A stretch of DNA of 64,000 nt from Bacteroidales bacterium (GCA_028282585.1 JANQHR010000097.1:44638-108637), one strand, 5' to 3'. Numbered from the stretch's first letter, positions 1-10,068 are shown. Numbers and translations: made by a program. The notes: a model not told the origin generated them from the sequence alone.

Positions 1-369
1 TTCCGGAAATTCTTTTACAGATATATTAACTCCTAATTCTTTGCTTATTTCTAAATCTTCACCGTTATAACTTTCAAAAACTTGAGGTTTTACGTTCTTA
101 CCACTCATATCGGGTGCTGTATCCATATGTGCTAAAAATCCGATTACGGGAATATCTTTTCTTATATTTGATGGTAATATTGCTGTTACGTAACCAAATT
201 TATCAACTTCAACCTTGCTTAATCCAATCTCCCTTAGCTCTTCAACCAACAAATTAGCCAAATCAAACTGCTTTTTTGTACTTGGAAAAGATTCTGAACT
301 TTCATCAGATTGAGTATCAATTTGAACATATTTTAAAAATCTATCTAATATTTTATTTTTAATCTCCAT
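1..369 (-). CDS. pepT: Peptidase T (tripeptide aminopeptidase, M20B), 5' part; runs off the left edge of the window
   Basis: Not in the ORF track. Manual translation from ATG (cat 367-369): MEIKNKILDRFLKYVQIDTQSDESSESFPSTKKQFDLANLLVEEL...IGFLAHMDTAPDMSG, the typical PepT N-terminus with AHMDT. Confidence 0.93.
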   Translation of the reverse strand, partial: MEIKNKILDRFLKYVQIDTQSDESSESFPSTKKQFDLANLLVEELREIGLSKVEVDKFGYVTAILPSNIRKDIPVIGFLAHMDTAPDMSGKNVKPQVFESYNGEDLEISKELGVNISVKEFPE

Positions 370-419
370 TATTCTGAACTTTTGTTATACATGTTTGTAA
401 AGATAAAGGAATATGATTT

Positions 420-551
420 GATAAAATAAAATTCCAAATATCAAAATTCAAATCACAATTATATAATCAATTTTCGAAAACTAACCGAATAGTTTTGGAG
501 TTTGTTTTAAAAAATTATATAAAATTTGACCATTGTATTTTGGAATTTATC
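420..551. repeat. REP-like imperfect palindrome (aaattccaaa / tttggaattt units) in the divergent intergenic region
   Basis: aaattccaaatatcaaaattcaaat on the left mirrors ttttggagtttg and ttgtattttggaatttatc on the right. Confidence 0.4.
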
Positions 552-586
552 AGATATTTGTATCACTAATAATTAAAATTGTAGTT

Positions 587-1267
587 ATGTTAAGTAAAAA
601 TCTTCTTGAATTTCTATCAGATTTAAAGGAAAACAATTACAAAGAATGGTTTCATGAAAATAAGCCTATCTACCAGAAGTTAAAAAAGGAGTTTGAGCAA
701 TTTGTTGCGCATGTTATAGCGGAGACTTCTCAGTTTGATAATTCGGTCCAGAACCTGGAACCAAAACACTGCGTTTTTAGAATTAACCGAGATGTTCGTT
801 TTTCTAAAGATAAATCGCCGTATAAAACAAATTTTGGTGCATATATAGTACCCGGAGGTAAAAAGTCCGGAAATGCAGGCTATTATATTCATATCGAACC
901 TGAAGGATGTTTTCTGGCGGGTGGAGTTTATGCACCACCAGCGGATAGATTAAAAGCCTTACGAACAGAAATTTATGAAAATACCGAAGATTTCAAGAAA
1001 ATTCTAGCTGATAGTACTTTCAAAAAGCTTTATTCGAATCTTTATGATAAAGATATGTTAAAGACCGCACCAAAAGGATTTCCAAAAGATTTTGAAGACA
1101 TTGATTTACTTAAATATAAACATTACATAGCATCACGAAACGTTGATGACAATATAGTTGTTTCTGATAATTTCGTAGACGAAGTAAGAAATACATTTAA
1201 AGCTGCATATCCTTTAAATAAATTTATTAACGAAGGAATTAATTATCATTTGGGGATAGATAATTAA
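587..1267 (+). CDS. DUF2461 / TIGR02453 family protein
   Basis: FLSDLKENNYKEWFHENK, FRINRDVRFSKDKSPYK, GYYIHIEP and KTAPKGF motifs. ATG at 587 preferred over TTG at 533. Confidence 0.85.
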   Translation: MLSKNLLEFLSDLKENNYKEWFHENKPIYQKLKKEFEQFVAHVIAETSQFDNSVQNLEPKHCVFRINRDVRFSKDKSPYKTNFGAYIVPGGKKSGNAGYYIHIEPEGCFLAGGVYAPPADRLKALRTEIYENTEDFKKILADSTFKKLYSNLYDKDMLKTAPKGFPKDFEDIDLLKYKHYIASRNVDDNIVVSDNFVDEVRNTFKAAYPLNKFINEGINYHLGIDN

Positions 1268-1431
1268 GCTGGTAGTTAGTAAATATCGACCTTTTGTTCA
1301 AAAAAATACAACGAAATAGATTGATGGAATAATGGATAAATAGGTAAGGTAGTTTCCATTTCAATTTTCCATAACATCTTTAAATTGTATCAATATTTTA
1401 TAAGTCAGATCCAAACCTATTGTAAAAAACC

Positions 1432-2130
1432 ATGCAAATACATTTCATACTTGTTGAACCGGCTGTTCCCGAAAATGTAGGGGCAGCTGCCCGTGCGATA
1501 AAAACCATGGGGTTTTCTTCATTGCGCCTAGTAAATACAAAAGCTCATTTAGATGAAAAAGCTAGCTGGTTGGCTCATGCATCGAATGAAATATTGGAAA
1601 ATGCAAAGGAATTTGTATCGCTTCAAGAAGCAACTCAAGATATAAATTGGGTTATTGGAACTTCAGCTAAGAAAAGAAGGGTAAACGAGGATTATTATCC
1701 TTCAACTAAAGTTAATGAACTAATTCAGGCAAAAGCAAACACCATTAAAAATCTTGCAATTGTTTTTGGAAGAGAAGAAAGCGGCTTAACCAATGATGAA
1801 TTAAAACTTTGTGATATCGTTACCAGTATTCCGATGAAAACTACCTATCCCTCACTAAACCTGGCACAATCAGTGATGATATACGCATACACTTTATCAA
1901 TGCTCAGTTTTGAGGACAATAAACCTGGCCGGGAAACTAACCAGTCTGAATTAAACGTATTAAAGACTAAAACTGAACAGATATTAAATAAAATCGGGTT
2001 TGAAGAAAATACAGCAATTTATAACCGCATTATGGAACGTTTAATGATTCTTGGTGAAACTGATATTCATTTAGTATTGTCCATTGAAAATAAAATTCAC
2101 AAATGCTTTAAGAAAGACATTTTCAAATAA
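1432..2130 (+). CDS. SPOUT tRNA/rRNA methyltransferase, TrmJ/LasT family
   Basis: PENVGAAARAIKTMG, VFGREESGLTNDE and SLNLAQSV SPOUT motifs. Confidence 0.9.
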   Translation: MQIHFILVEPAVPENVGAAARAIKTMGFSSLRLVNTKAHLDEKASWLAHASNEILENAKEFVSLQEATQDINWVIGTSAKKRRVNEDYYPSTKVNELIQAKANTIKNLAIVFGREESGLTNDELKLCDIVTSIPMKTTYPSLNLAQSVMIYAYTLSMLSFEDNKPGRETNQSELNVLKTKTEQILNKIGFEENTAIYNRIMERLMILGETDIHLVLSIENKIHKCFKKDIFK

Positions 2131-2148
2131 GTTAATTTCTTAGTGCAA

Positions 2149-2185
2149 ATAATAATGCCAAGTTTAATTTACTTGGCATTATTAT
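2149..2185. terminator. Bidirectional hairpin terminator between trmJ/lasT and the small peptide gene
   Basis: 15-bp perfect inverted repeat ataataatgccaagt / acttggcattattat with a 7-nt loop between convergent ORFs. Confidence 0.75.
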
Positions 2186-2211
2186 AAATATTCTATTAAA
2201 ATAAAATTAAT

Positions 2212-2397
2212 CTAAGGGGCAGCGCAAATAGGTTGTGTGCCATTATCACAAAGCTCATCACAAGGAACAACAGTTATTTGTCCATTTGCGTCTATACATA
2301 CTCCTAATCCTTCTTCTGCTAAACCTCCTTTACCTAAAATGGATTTTTGTTCTTTTTTGCTTAAAGTTTTTCCAAGTTTTGAAATCTTTTCTTTCAT
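2212..2397 (-). CDS. Small bacteriocin/RiPP-like precursor: double-glycine-type leader plus 4-Cys core
   Basis: Leader MKEKISKLGKTLSKKEQKSILGKGG ends in GG. Acidic core has C34, C46, C50, C58. A-rich 5' UTR and its own terminator. Confidence 0.7.
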   Translation of the reverse strand: MKEKISKLGKTLSKKEQKSILGKGGLAEEGLGVCIDANGQITVVPCDELCDNGTQPICAAP

Positions 2398-2859
2398 CTT
2401 TTTAAAATTTTAGATTAATAAATACTTTGATATTGCGTTTAAAGCTACCTATACTTTATACGAATTTACAAAGAATGTTTATCTCAACAAAACAGCTATA
2501 TTAACTATGAATAAGTAAGTATAAAATTTCGTGGCTATATTAGTAATTCTCGTACATTAAAACTGCATTTTAGTTGTGATTTTTTTGATAAAGACTTCAG
2601 TCATTCTTTTAAAAAATAAAAACCTTCTTAAAGAAGTTTAGCACTTTTTATAAAGCCTAATCAATTTCTTGAAAGAAATAGTGCTAACGTCTACATTAAC
2701 TTTCTTTGTATCTTTTTTAGTTAACTGTAAAATATAAAAAGCAAATTACAAAAAAATCAACTAATTAATTATCAATGTTTTATATTTAAATAAATTTACT
2801 CTAATCAGCACTTTATAGAGTTGGCAATCAACCTTTAAGTCGACTCCTTTGTTCATTAT

Positions 2860-3018
2860 GAAAGTAAAACCGAGAAGATATTAAATGAAATCGAATTTAA
2901 AGAAGATACGGCTATTTATAACCGCATTATGGAACTTTTAATGATTCTCGGCGAAACAGAAATTCATCTATTGCTTTCTATTGAAAATAAGATAAACGAT
3001 TCGTTAAATAAGAATTAA
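2860..3018 (+). pseudogene. Start-less second copy of the 3' end of the trmJ/lasT gene
   Basis: Translates ESKTEKILNEIEFKEDTAIYNRIMELLMILGETEIHLLLSIENKINDSLNKN*. Matches 1969-2097 at 35/43 aa and 106/129 nt by hand count. In-frame stop upstream at 2836-2838. Confidence 0.9.
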
Positions 3019-3148
3019 TTCTTATTGCATTTCCAACTTTAAACCAGGTACAAATTTGTACTAATAATTAAGGTGTTCTAATTAAATAAAACACTTAAAA
3101 TAAGGTGCTTTAGGACACTATTATTTTTGTTGTTTTACTCGTTTTAGC

Positions 3149-3172
3149 AAGCGGTTTTGAACCGTTTTTTTA
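3149..3172 (+). terminator. Hairpin plus U-tract, possibly the terminator of the displaced trmJ 3' end
   Basis: aagcggt-tttga-accgttt followed by a T-run. Confidence 0.5.
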
Positions 3173-3303
3173 TTTGATGAACTTAAGGCGTAAAATATGG
3201 TTCTAATTTTAAGTGAAAGTTACTGTTTATTAATAATTCAAACGACCACTTAAGTTGATTGCTAACTTCAATTTACCAATAATATTTTTTATATATTTAG
3301 AAC

Positions 3304-5412
3304 ATGGCAAAAAAACACAAATTACAAAAGGAACTGGGATTACTAGATGTATTAGCAATAAGTACAGGTGCAATGTTTAGCTCGGGGTTTTTTCTATTAC
3401 CTGGGATAGCATCTCAACAGACTGGTCCTTCCGTATTCTTAGCCTATTTAATTGCCGGGTTTCTAATTATGCCCGCGATGTTTAGTATGGCAGAAATATC
3501 CACTGCATTGCCCCGTTCAGGAGGGACATATTTTTTCCTTGACAGAAGTTTGGGGCCTTTAATGGGCACCATAGGCGGATTAGGAACCTATTTTGCTCTT
3601 TTATTTAAAACGGCTTTTGCCATTGTAGGTATTGGAGCTTATGCCGCAATATTTTGGGATGTGCCAATAAAAACAGTTGCGTTGGCCGCCACGTTAGTTT
3701 TTATGTTTTTTAATTTGGTAGGTGCTAAAAAAACGTCCCGCTTACAGAATTTTCTTGTTTTGTTTTTGCTGTTGGTATTAGGATTATTCATTTTTAACGG
3801 GCTTTATAAAATCTTTTTTGCCGATGGGTTTAATACGCATCAATACCAGAAACAATTTGAACCTTTTTTTACAAATGGCATAGATGGATTAATTACCACT
3901 GCAGGATTCGTTTTTGTATCGTATTTAGGTTTAACAAAAATTACAAGTATCGCTGAGGAAATCAAAAATCCGGAGCGTAATATACCATTAGGAATGTTAC
4001 TTTCTTTAGTAATAACAACTATAATTTATGTCCTTGGGATTTTTGTAATGGTTGCACTGATTAATCCTTCTGACTTAGCTAATGACCTTGCACCTGCTGC
4101 AACTGCCGTTAAAAAGATCTTTAACTGGATGCCCGGGGAGTTGGGTACTTATATTATGGTTGGAGCTGCTATGGCAGCCTTCGCATCCACGGGTAATGCA
4201 GGGCTGTTATCCTCTTCACGTTATCCTTTTGCCATGGGGCGCGATAAAATTTTACCAAAAAAATTCTCTAGTATTGGAAAAAAGGGCTCACCGGTAACTT
4301 CAATTCTTTTAACCACATTGCTTATTATACTTTTTATTTTTGTCCTTTCGGAGGAAGGGATTGCCAAAATGGCAAGTACTTTTCAGCTTTTGATATTTAC
4401 TTTAATTAACTTTTCTGTTATCGTATTCCGTAAAAGCAATATTGAATCGTACGACCCCGGATATAAGTCTCCTCTTTATCCATGGATGCAAATTGCTGGT
4501 ATTGTTCTCTCTTTAATATTAATTGCATATATGGGATTAGCTGCTCTGCTTCTTGCCGGATTTATTTTACTTGCCGCCTATTTATGGTACCGTTATTATG
4601 TCCGAGAAAAAGTACAACGAGAAGGGGCCATATTTCATTGGTTTGCACTTCTGGGAAAATATCAATATCCTGAACTTGAGCAAGAATTTATGACTATCCT
4701 TAAGGAAAAAGGATTGCGGCAAGGCGACCCTTTTGACCAAACTATAATGCGTGCCAGGATAACTTATATAAAAAGAGAAATGGAGTTCAAAGAACTGGTT
4801 AATACGGTTTCTGAATTATTTTCGACCGAAATGCATGTTAATAAGGAATTACTTATTAATGAATTTCATACAATAACAAGCATAGAGCCCGCTTTAATTA
4901 TTCCTGAAGTTTCAATTCTCTATGCAAAAGACGAAAGTATTGATCATCCATCATTACAAATCATTTTATCGCAAAAAGGAATAAATAAACCGGTTAAAAA
5001 GAGAAATATAATATCCGAAGACTTTATTAAAGTATTCTTCTTTTTAGTCAACCCTGCTAAAGAAGCCCGCCAGCAATTAAGAATGTTATCCAGATTAGTA
5101 GATATAGTTGAAAGAAATGGCTTTGTAAAAGAAATTATGAACCTTGTAAGCCATCGAAAAATAAAGGAATATTTGCTCTATAATGAAAGGTACATCACTG
5201 TCCAGATAAAACAAAAAACCAAACAATTTGAATTAACTGGTAAACAACTAAAGGATATAAAACTACCTCCTGATGTACTTGTTGCACTAATTGAAAGGGA
5301 TTGTGCATCTTTTACACCACATGGAGATACTGTGATTTACGAAAATGACGTGCTTACTATTATTGGAGAGCCAGGGTCGATAAATAAATTATATGAATTA
5401 TATATGAGTTAA
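3304..5412 (+). CDS. APC-superfamily amino acid permease fused to a degenerate PTS-EIIA-like domain and a C-terminal TrkA-C (RCK_C) domain
   Basis: GAMFSSGFF TM1 motif, about 12 hydrophobic segments, AEEIKNPERNIP, and C-terminal GKQLKDIKLPPDVLVALIER..PHGDTVIYENDVLTIIG (TrkA-C). Confidence 0.8.
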   Translation: MAKKHKLQKELGLLDVLAISTGAMFSSGFFLLPGIASQQTGPSVFLAYLIAGFLIMPAMFSMAEISTALPRSGGTYFFLDRSLGPLMGTIGGLGTYFALLFKTAFAIVGIGAYAAIFWDVPIKTVALAATLVFMFFNLVGAKKTSRLQNFLVLFLLLVLGLFIFNGLYKIFFADGFNTHQYQKQFEPFFTNGIDGLITTAGFVFVSYLGLTKITSIAEEIKNPERNIPLGMLLSLVITTIIYVLGIFVMVALINPSDLANDLAPAATAVKKIFNWMPGELGTYIMVGAAMAAFASTGNAGLLSSSRYPFAMGRDKILPKKFSSIGKKGSPVTSILLTTLLIILFIFVLSEEGIAKMASTFQLLIFTLINFSVIVFRKSNIESYDPGYKSPLYPWMQIAGIVLSLILIAYMGLAALLLAGFILLAAYLWYRYYVREKVQREGAIFHWFALLGKYQYPELEQEFMTILKEKGLRQGDPFDQTIMRARITYIKREMEFKELVNTVSELFSTEMHVNKELLINEFHTITSIEPALIIPEVSILYAKDESIDHPSLQIILSQKGINKPVKKRNIISEDFIKVFFFLVNPAKEARQQLRMLSRLVDIVERNGFVKEIMNLVSHRKIKEYLLYNERYITVQIKQKTKQFELTGKQLKDIKLPPDVLVALIERDCASFTPHGDTVIYENDVLTIIGEPGSINKLYELYMS

Positions 5413-5425
5413 ATGTACAAATAAA

Positions 5426-7645
5426 TCATTCAAGCATTTTATCCCTAAATGCATTCAAGAATAAAACATCTCCCATTTCGGTGTAGCCCTCAAATAACTT
5501 CTCCCCTTCATGTTTTATTTGTTCGCTACGGAAACCTATCATTGTTAAACCTGCCTTCACCGATTTTTCATTAATTAATTGCTTTAAATTCATTGATTCA
5601 TCAATATCGATGAACTCAACATTTTTTAAAGAAATTGGTAATCGTCCGGTTTTTACCAATTCTAATAAGTGATCTGTTGCTTCGTCATGTTGACCTGGCC
5701 GACGAACATTAAATATTTTAATTTTAGCCCCTTTCCAATCCGAATGCCCTAGAATTATGTAGCTTAGTAAAACCATTAAGTTTAGATTTTTTTCATCAAC
5801 TCTTCTCACCCAAATATGAATTCCTTCATGGTAATTCACCCCCCTGTTCGACCCTCCTAAAATTCCAACATCATACCCTCCAGATCTAACCAGTGGATAG
5901 TTTTCTGCAATTTGCTCTAAATTAACCGGATCCTTTTTATCATACTCAAACAAAACCAAGTTATTATCTAAACCTGAAATTCCAGGCAATTGAATGATCT
6001 GTGCAATTGCTGATGTATATGATGGAGATACGATTGTATCCACATAAACATTACTATTTCTGGATTCTGCTCGTTCTATCAGTAAATCCAACACTTCTTT
6101 TGATTGTAAATGCGTTGCTCTGGAATAATAACCCTGAATGTATTGAATATATGTTCCAAAACCATATTTATGAGAGATCCAGGTTAAAAGACGAAAAGCA
6201 TTGTCGCGGTCAGAATTTACTTCTGTAACACAAACTGCAGATGGGTGCCAACTTGTTTTTTTCTTAATTGCCTGATTCTTTTGCAAGTAAACCTGTAGAT
6301 TTCTATTAATTTGAAATATTGCACTCCTAAATATTGATTCCAAACCTTGACGCTCAGAATGGTAATAACTAATATATATATAAAGAATTACCATTACAAT
6401 AATTGCTAAAATAGCGTATAACGAATCCATTCTGAACATTAAATAAATGGAAATTACAAAGCCTATTAACGAGAGAATCCAATGCGACCTAAATGTTGGG
6501 CGATAAGATGGTGATGAACCGAAATGATTTAAAAAAGAGATCAGACATAACGAGCCGTAGGTAAGCATAAAAAACATAGATATAATCCTGGCAACTGCGT
6601 TTACATCACCTAAAGCCACAAACACAAATGCTATTAAAATCGTTATAACAGATGCATTGAATGGTTCATTTGTTGCTCCCTTTACATTTGCCATCGCTCG
6701 GTTAAATCTCTTAAAAGGAAATGTTTTGTCATTTCCTAAAGCCTGCAAAGTTCTTGGAGCAACCATTACAGAACCCAAAGCAGATGAAATAGTAGAAGCC
6801 GCTAATCCAACCGGTATTATAAATTTACCGAAAACAGCAATATCAGCCATTACTAACTGATTATTTACAAGATCTTCGGGTGAAGCAGAGTTAACTAACT
6901 TAAAAATAATAAAAATATAAACTATTAATCCTCCTAAAGTAGCTGCCACCGTACCTAGCGGAATCGATTTTCCCGGATTTTTTAAATCACCGGATAGACC
7001 AACTCCAGCTGTCATTCCCGTAAAAGCAGGAAAAATAATAGCAAAAACAAAAAAGAAATCGTTCGTATTTCTCAGCGGACTACTTGAGATTCCTTCAACA
7101 GTAGAAGCATATTCAGTTTTACCAATAAAGAATAAAAAAAGTGATAAAAACAAGATTGCGACAACAACATAAAGAGCCTTTACTCCCATATTTGCACCTT
7201 TTCTTAGAATCAAAACAGCTAAAATAGCCATAGCGGGTAAACTAATTATTTGTCTGGGAAGATTAATATTATAAACATTCTTAAACCAATTAAATACCGG
7301 TTCAAAGGCCTCTGTAAATGCAATTACGTAAAAAGCTACACTTATAGCCTGAGAGAGATAAAGTGCAATGCCAATTGTTCCACCAATATTTAAACCAAAT
7401 GACCGGGAAATTATAAAGTATTCGCCTCCACCTTCAACGCGTTGGTTAGTTGCAATTTCAGATATTGCAAAAGCAGTAGGTATTGTAACAAAATGTCCGA
7501 TTAAAACAATTAGCAGAACGCCTCCAAAACCAAGTGTTCCTACTGCAAAACCAAATCGAAGGAATAAAATAGCACCTAATATGGTAGATATTGCGGTAAA
7601 AAATACAGGTGCTGTACCAAATCCATTGGCTCTTTTTTCAATCAT
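5426..7645 (-). CDS. Cation-chloride cotransporter (SLC12/CCC)-like amino acid permease
   Basis: STILGAILFLR, GGGEYFIISRSFG, IFPAFTGMTAG..SGDLKNP and YRPTF motifs, plus a large cytosolic C-domain. Start may be 7645 (ATG) or 7663. Confidence 0.85.
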   Translation of the reverse strand: MIEKRANGFGTAPVFFTAISTILGAILFLRFGFAVGTLGFGGVLLIVLIGHFVTIPTAFAISEIATNQRVEGGGEYFIISRSFGLNIGGTIGIALYLSQAISVAFYVIAFTEAFEPVFNWFKNVYNINLPRQIISLPAMAILAVLILRKGANMGVKALYVVVAILFLSLFLFFIGKTEYASTVEGISSSPLRNTNDFFFVFAIIFPAFTGMTAGVGLSGDLKNPGKSIPLGTVAATLGGLIVYIFIIFKLVNSASPEDLVNNQLVMADIAVFGKFIIPVGLAASTISSALGSVMVAPRTLQALGNDKTFPFKRFNRAMANVKGATNEPFNASVITILIAFVFVALGDVNAVARIISMFFMLTYGSLCLISFLNHFGSSPSYRPTFRSHWILSLIGFVISIYLMFRMDSLYAILAIIVMVILYIYISYYHSERQGLESIFRSAIFQINRNLQVYLQKNQAIKKKTSWHPSAVCVTEVNSDRDNAFRLLTWISHKYGFGTYIQYIQGYYSRATHLQSKEVLDLLIERAESRNSNVYVDTIVSPSYTSAIAQIIQLPGISGLDNNLVLFEYDKKDPVNLEQIAENYPLVRSGGYDVGILGGSNRGVNYHEGIHIWVRRVDEKNLNLMVLLSYIILGHSDWKGAKIKIFNVRRPGQHDEATDHLLELVKTGRLPISLKNVEFIDIDESMNLKQLINEKSVKAGLTMIGFRSEQIKHEGEKLFEGYTEMGDVLFLNAFRDKMLE

Positions 7646-7723
7646 AGTAAGATTTTTAACCACTAAATTTAATCATTTTTATTGATTGAAAATTACCTGA
7701 AAATGAATCAATCTATTTTTAAC

Positions 7724-7752
7724 AAAAAAAGCTGCCCCTAAGAGCAGCCTTT
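7724..7752 (-). terminator. Rho-independent terminator of the sigma factor gene
   Basis: Minus strand reads ggctgctc-tta-ggggcagc followed by T7. Confidence 0.8.
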
Positions 7753-7771
7753 GTAAGCTAAATATAAATTA

Positions 7772-8632
7772 TTAACCCAAATACTTCTTTAAAAGTTTAT
7801 TTTTAGAGGAATGTCTTAGTCGTCTGATTGCTTTTTCTTTAATCTGACGCACTCTTTCTCTAGTTAATCCTAATTCATACCCTATTTCTTCCAAAGATAA
7901 ATCTTTACCACCTATACCATAATAATATTTCAGCACCATTCTTTCCTTCTCAGGAAGAATACTTAAAGTTCTTTCAACCTCTTTTGCCAAAGATTCTTCT
8001 AATAAGCTATTATCTGCGTTTGGAGAGTCAGTATTTTCCATTACATCCAATAAACTACCCTCTTCACCGTCAGCAAACGGAGCATCTACTGATAATGGTT
8101 TTCCTGATAATTGCAAAGTATCTTCAACTTTATCTTTTGGTAGATCAACAAACTCTGCCAACTCATCTGCGGTAGGAGTACGATCGAACTGCTGCTCCAA
8201 AGTTGAATATGCTTTATGTATTTTATTTAAAGAACCAACTTTGTTCAATGGTAAACGAACAACTCTCGATTGTTCGGCAATAGCTTGTAAAATTGATTGA
8301 CGAATCCACCATACAGCATATGAAATAAATTTGAAACCTTTCGTTTCATCAAATCTTTCAGCAGCCTTAATTAATCCTAAGTTACCCTCGTTAATTAAAT
8401 CAGGAAGGCTCAAACCTTGAAATTGGTACTGTTTTGCTACTGAAATAACAAAACGCAAGTTAGCTTTGGTTAATCTTTCTAAAGCCGCCCTGTCACCTTT
8501 TTTAATTCTTTGAGCTAATTCTACCTCTTCTTCGGCAGATACCATCTCCTCTTTTCCAACATCTTGCAGATATTTCTCTAGAGAAGAACTATCACGATTT
8601 GTAATAGATTTTGTAATTTTTAACTGTCTCAT
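7772..8632 (-). CDS. rpoD: RNA polymerase sigma-70 factor, Bacteroidota primary-sigma type lacking region 1.1
   Basis: [14 protein letters not shown]-terminus, [36 protein letters not shown]. Confidence 0.88.
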   Translation of the reverse strand: MRQLKITKSITNRDSSSLEKYLQDVGKEEMVSAEEEVELAQRIKKGDRAALERLTKANLRFVISVAKQYQFQGLSLPDLINEGNLGLIKAAERFDETKGFKFISYAVWWIRQSILQAIAEQSRVVRLPLNKVGSLNKIHKAYSTLEQQFDRTPTADELAEFVDLPKDKVEDTLQLSGKPLSVDAPFADGEEGSLLDVMENTDSPNADNSLLEESLAKEVERTLSILPEKERMVLKYYYGIGGKDLSLEEIGYELGLTRERVRQIKEKAIRRLRHSSKNKLLKKYLG

Positions 8633-8887
8633 TTCAGCCTCTCCTTTTCTATATTTTTATGCGATAAATATTGGGGACATTATTTTCATAATATCATAAC
8701 AAGGAATTATATAAACTTATGGTAATTCAATACTTGCCTAACCCAAAACAAACAACTAACTATACGAAAAATTATGCAAAGAAACAATTTATTTTATAGA
8801 ATAAAAAATTAAAATTGCATTTAATTGCTCTTGTGTAACGAAATTTCAGCATAAAATGTTTTATATTTCATTATGTTTTTTGCACTA

Positions 8888-10039
8888 TTAGTAAAAATTA
8901 ACAATTTTCTGATAGATATTATGAAATACTTTCACACCAGTTTCAATTATGTCATCGGGAAAATCATAATCGGGGTTATGCAATTGAGGTTGCTTTTCTC
9001 CTGCTCCTAACCCAAATATTGCGCCTTTAAATCTTTCAGTAAAATGTGCAAAATCTTCAGACCAGCGCAAAGGTGTTGCTTTGTAATGATAACTCAATTT
9101 AGCAGTAATAACAGCACTTTCAATAATTTTAACCATTTCGTTATTATTAACTATAGCCGGAAATTCTTCAACGTATGAAATGTCTAGCTTTAATTTATGT
9201 TTTTTGGCAATTTTATTCGCTAAAAATTCAGACTGCTTTGTCAATCTTTCCATATCATCGTTAGAGAAAGTACGTAATGTAGCCATAACCACTGCGTTTC
9301 CTGGTGTAGTTCCAAAAGCTATCTCACCCAATTGTGCATGAATTATGGTAAGTAATGTAAAATCGGAAAAGTAACCTTCTTTCTTAGGCAAATCATTTAA
9401 TTGCTTAATAATATCAGTCATTGCAATTACCGGACTATTTCCATTTTCAGGTTCTGCTGCATGCGATGTTTTTCCGGTTAATTTAATGATCATTCCCTTT
9501 GAAGCTGCTGCAAAAGTTCCATCTCTTAAAATGATCTCTCCTTTAGGAAATCCGGGAAGATTATGCAATGCAAAAGCATAATCGACTTTTATTTTTTTAA
9601 ACTTCTTATCATTAACCACTCTAAAAGCTCCCTGCCCGTTTTCTTCTGCAGGTTGAAAAAGTAATACAACCTGCCCTTTTTCAGGAGTTTTTTTTGAAAA
9701 TAAATCAGCTAAGCCAGCTACTATTGCCATATGACCATCGTGTCCGCACTTATGAGAAACGCCTTTCTTTAATGATTTATAATCCAAATCATTGATCTCT
9801 TCAATTGGAAGAGCATCCAGGTCACATCGAAAAAGTATTGATGGACCTTGTTTCTGTCCTTTGAAAATACACGCTAATCCGTTTCCACCAATCCCTCTAA
9901 TTATTTCCGTATCTTTATATTGAGATAAAAAAGTTGCTATACGTTCAGAAGTTAGAATCTCATTATCTGACAGTTCCGGATATTTATGCAATGTATGTCG
10001 AAGTTCGATAATCTTATCTAAATCAAATAATTTATCCAT
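8888..10039 (-). CDS. M20D family amidohydrolase
   Basis: RHTLHKYPELS, RCDLDALP, HKCGHDGH, FQPAEE, SEDF, LHNP. Confidence 0.88.
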   Translation of the reverse strand: MDKLFDLDKIIELRHTLHKYPELSDNEILTSERIATFLSQYKDTEIIRGIGGNGLACIFKGQKQGPSILFRCDLDALPIEEINDLDYKSLKKGVSHKCGHDGHMAIVAGLADLFSKKTPEKGQVVLLFQPAEENGQGAFRVVNDKKFKKIKVDYAFALHNLPGFPKGEIILRDGTFAAASKGMIIKLTGKTSHAAEPENGNSPVIAMTDIIKQLNDLPKKEGYFSDFTLLTIIHAQLGEIAFGTTPGNAVVMATLRTFSNDDMERLTKQSEFLANKIAKKHKLKLDISYVEEFPAIVNNNEMVKIIESAVITAKLSYHYKATPLRWSEDFAHFTERFKGAIFGLGAGEKQPQLHNPDYDFPDDIIETGVKVFHNIYQKIVNFY

Positions 10040-10060
10040 TTGAAAACTAATTATGGTTTA

Positions 10061-10068
10061 CAAAACTA
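10061..10068 (-). promoter_or_regulatory. Bacteroidota sigma70 -7 element upstream of the amidohydrolase
   Basis: Minus-strand TAGTTTTG matches TAnnTTTG. Confidence 0.55.
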
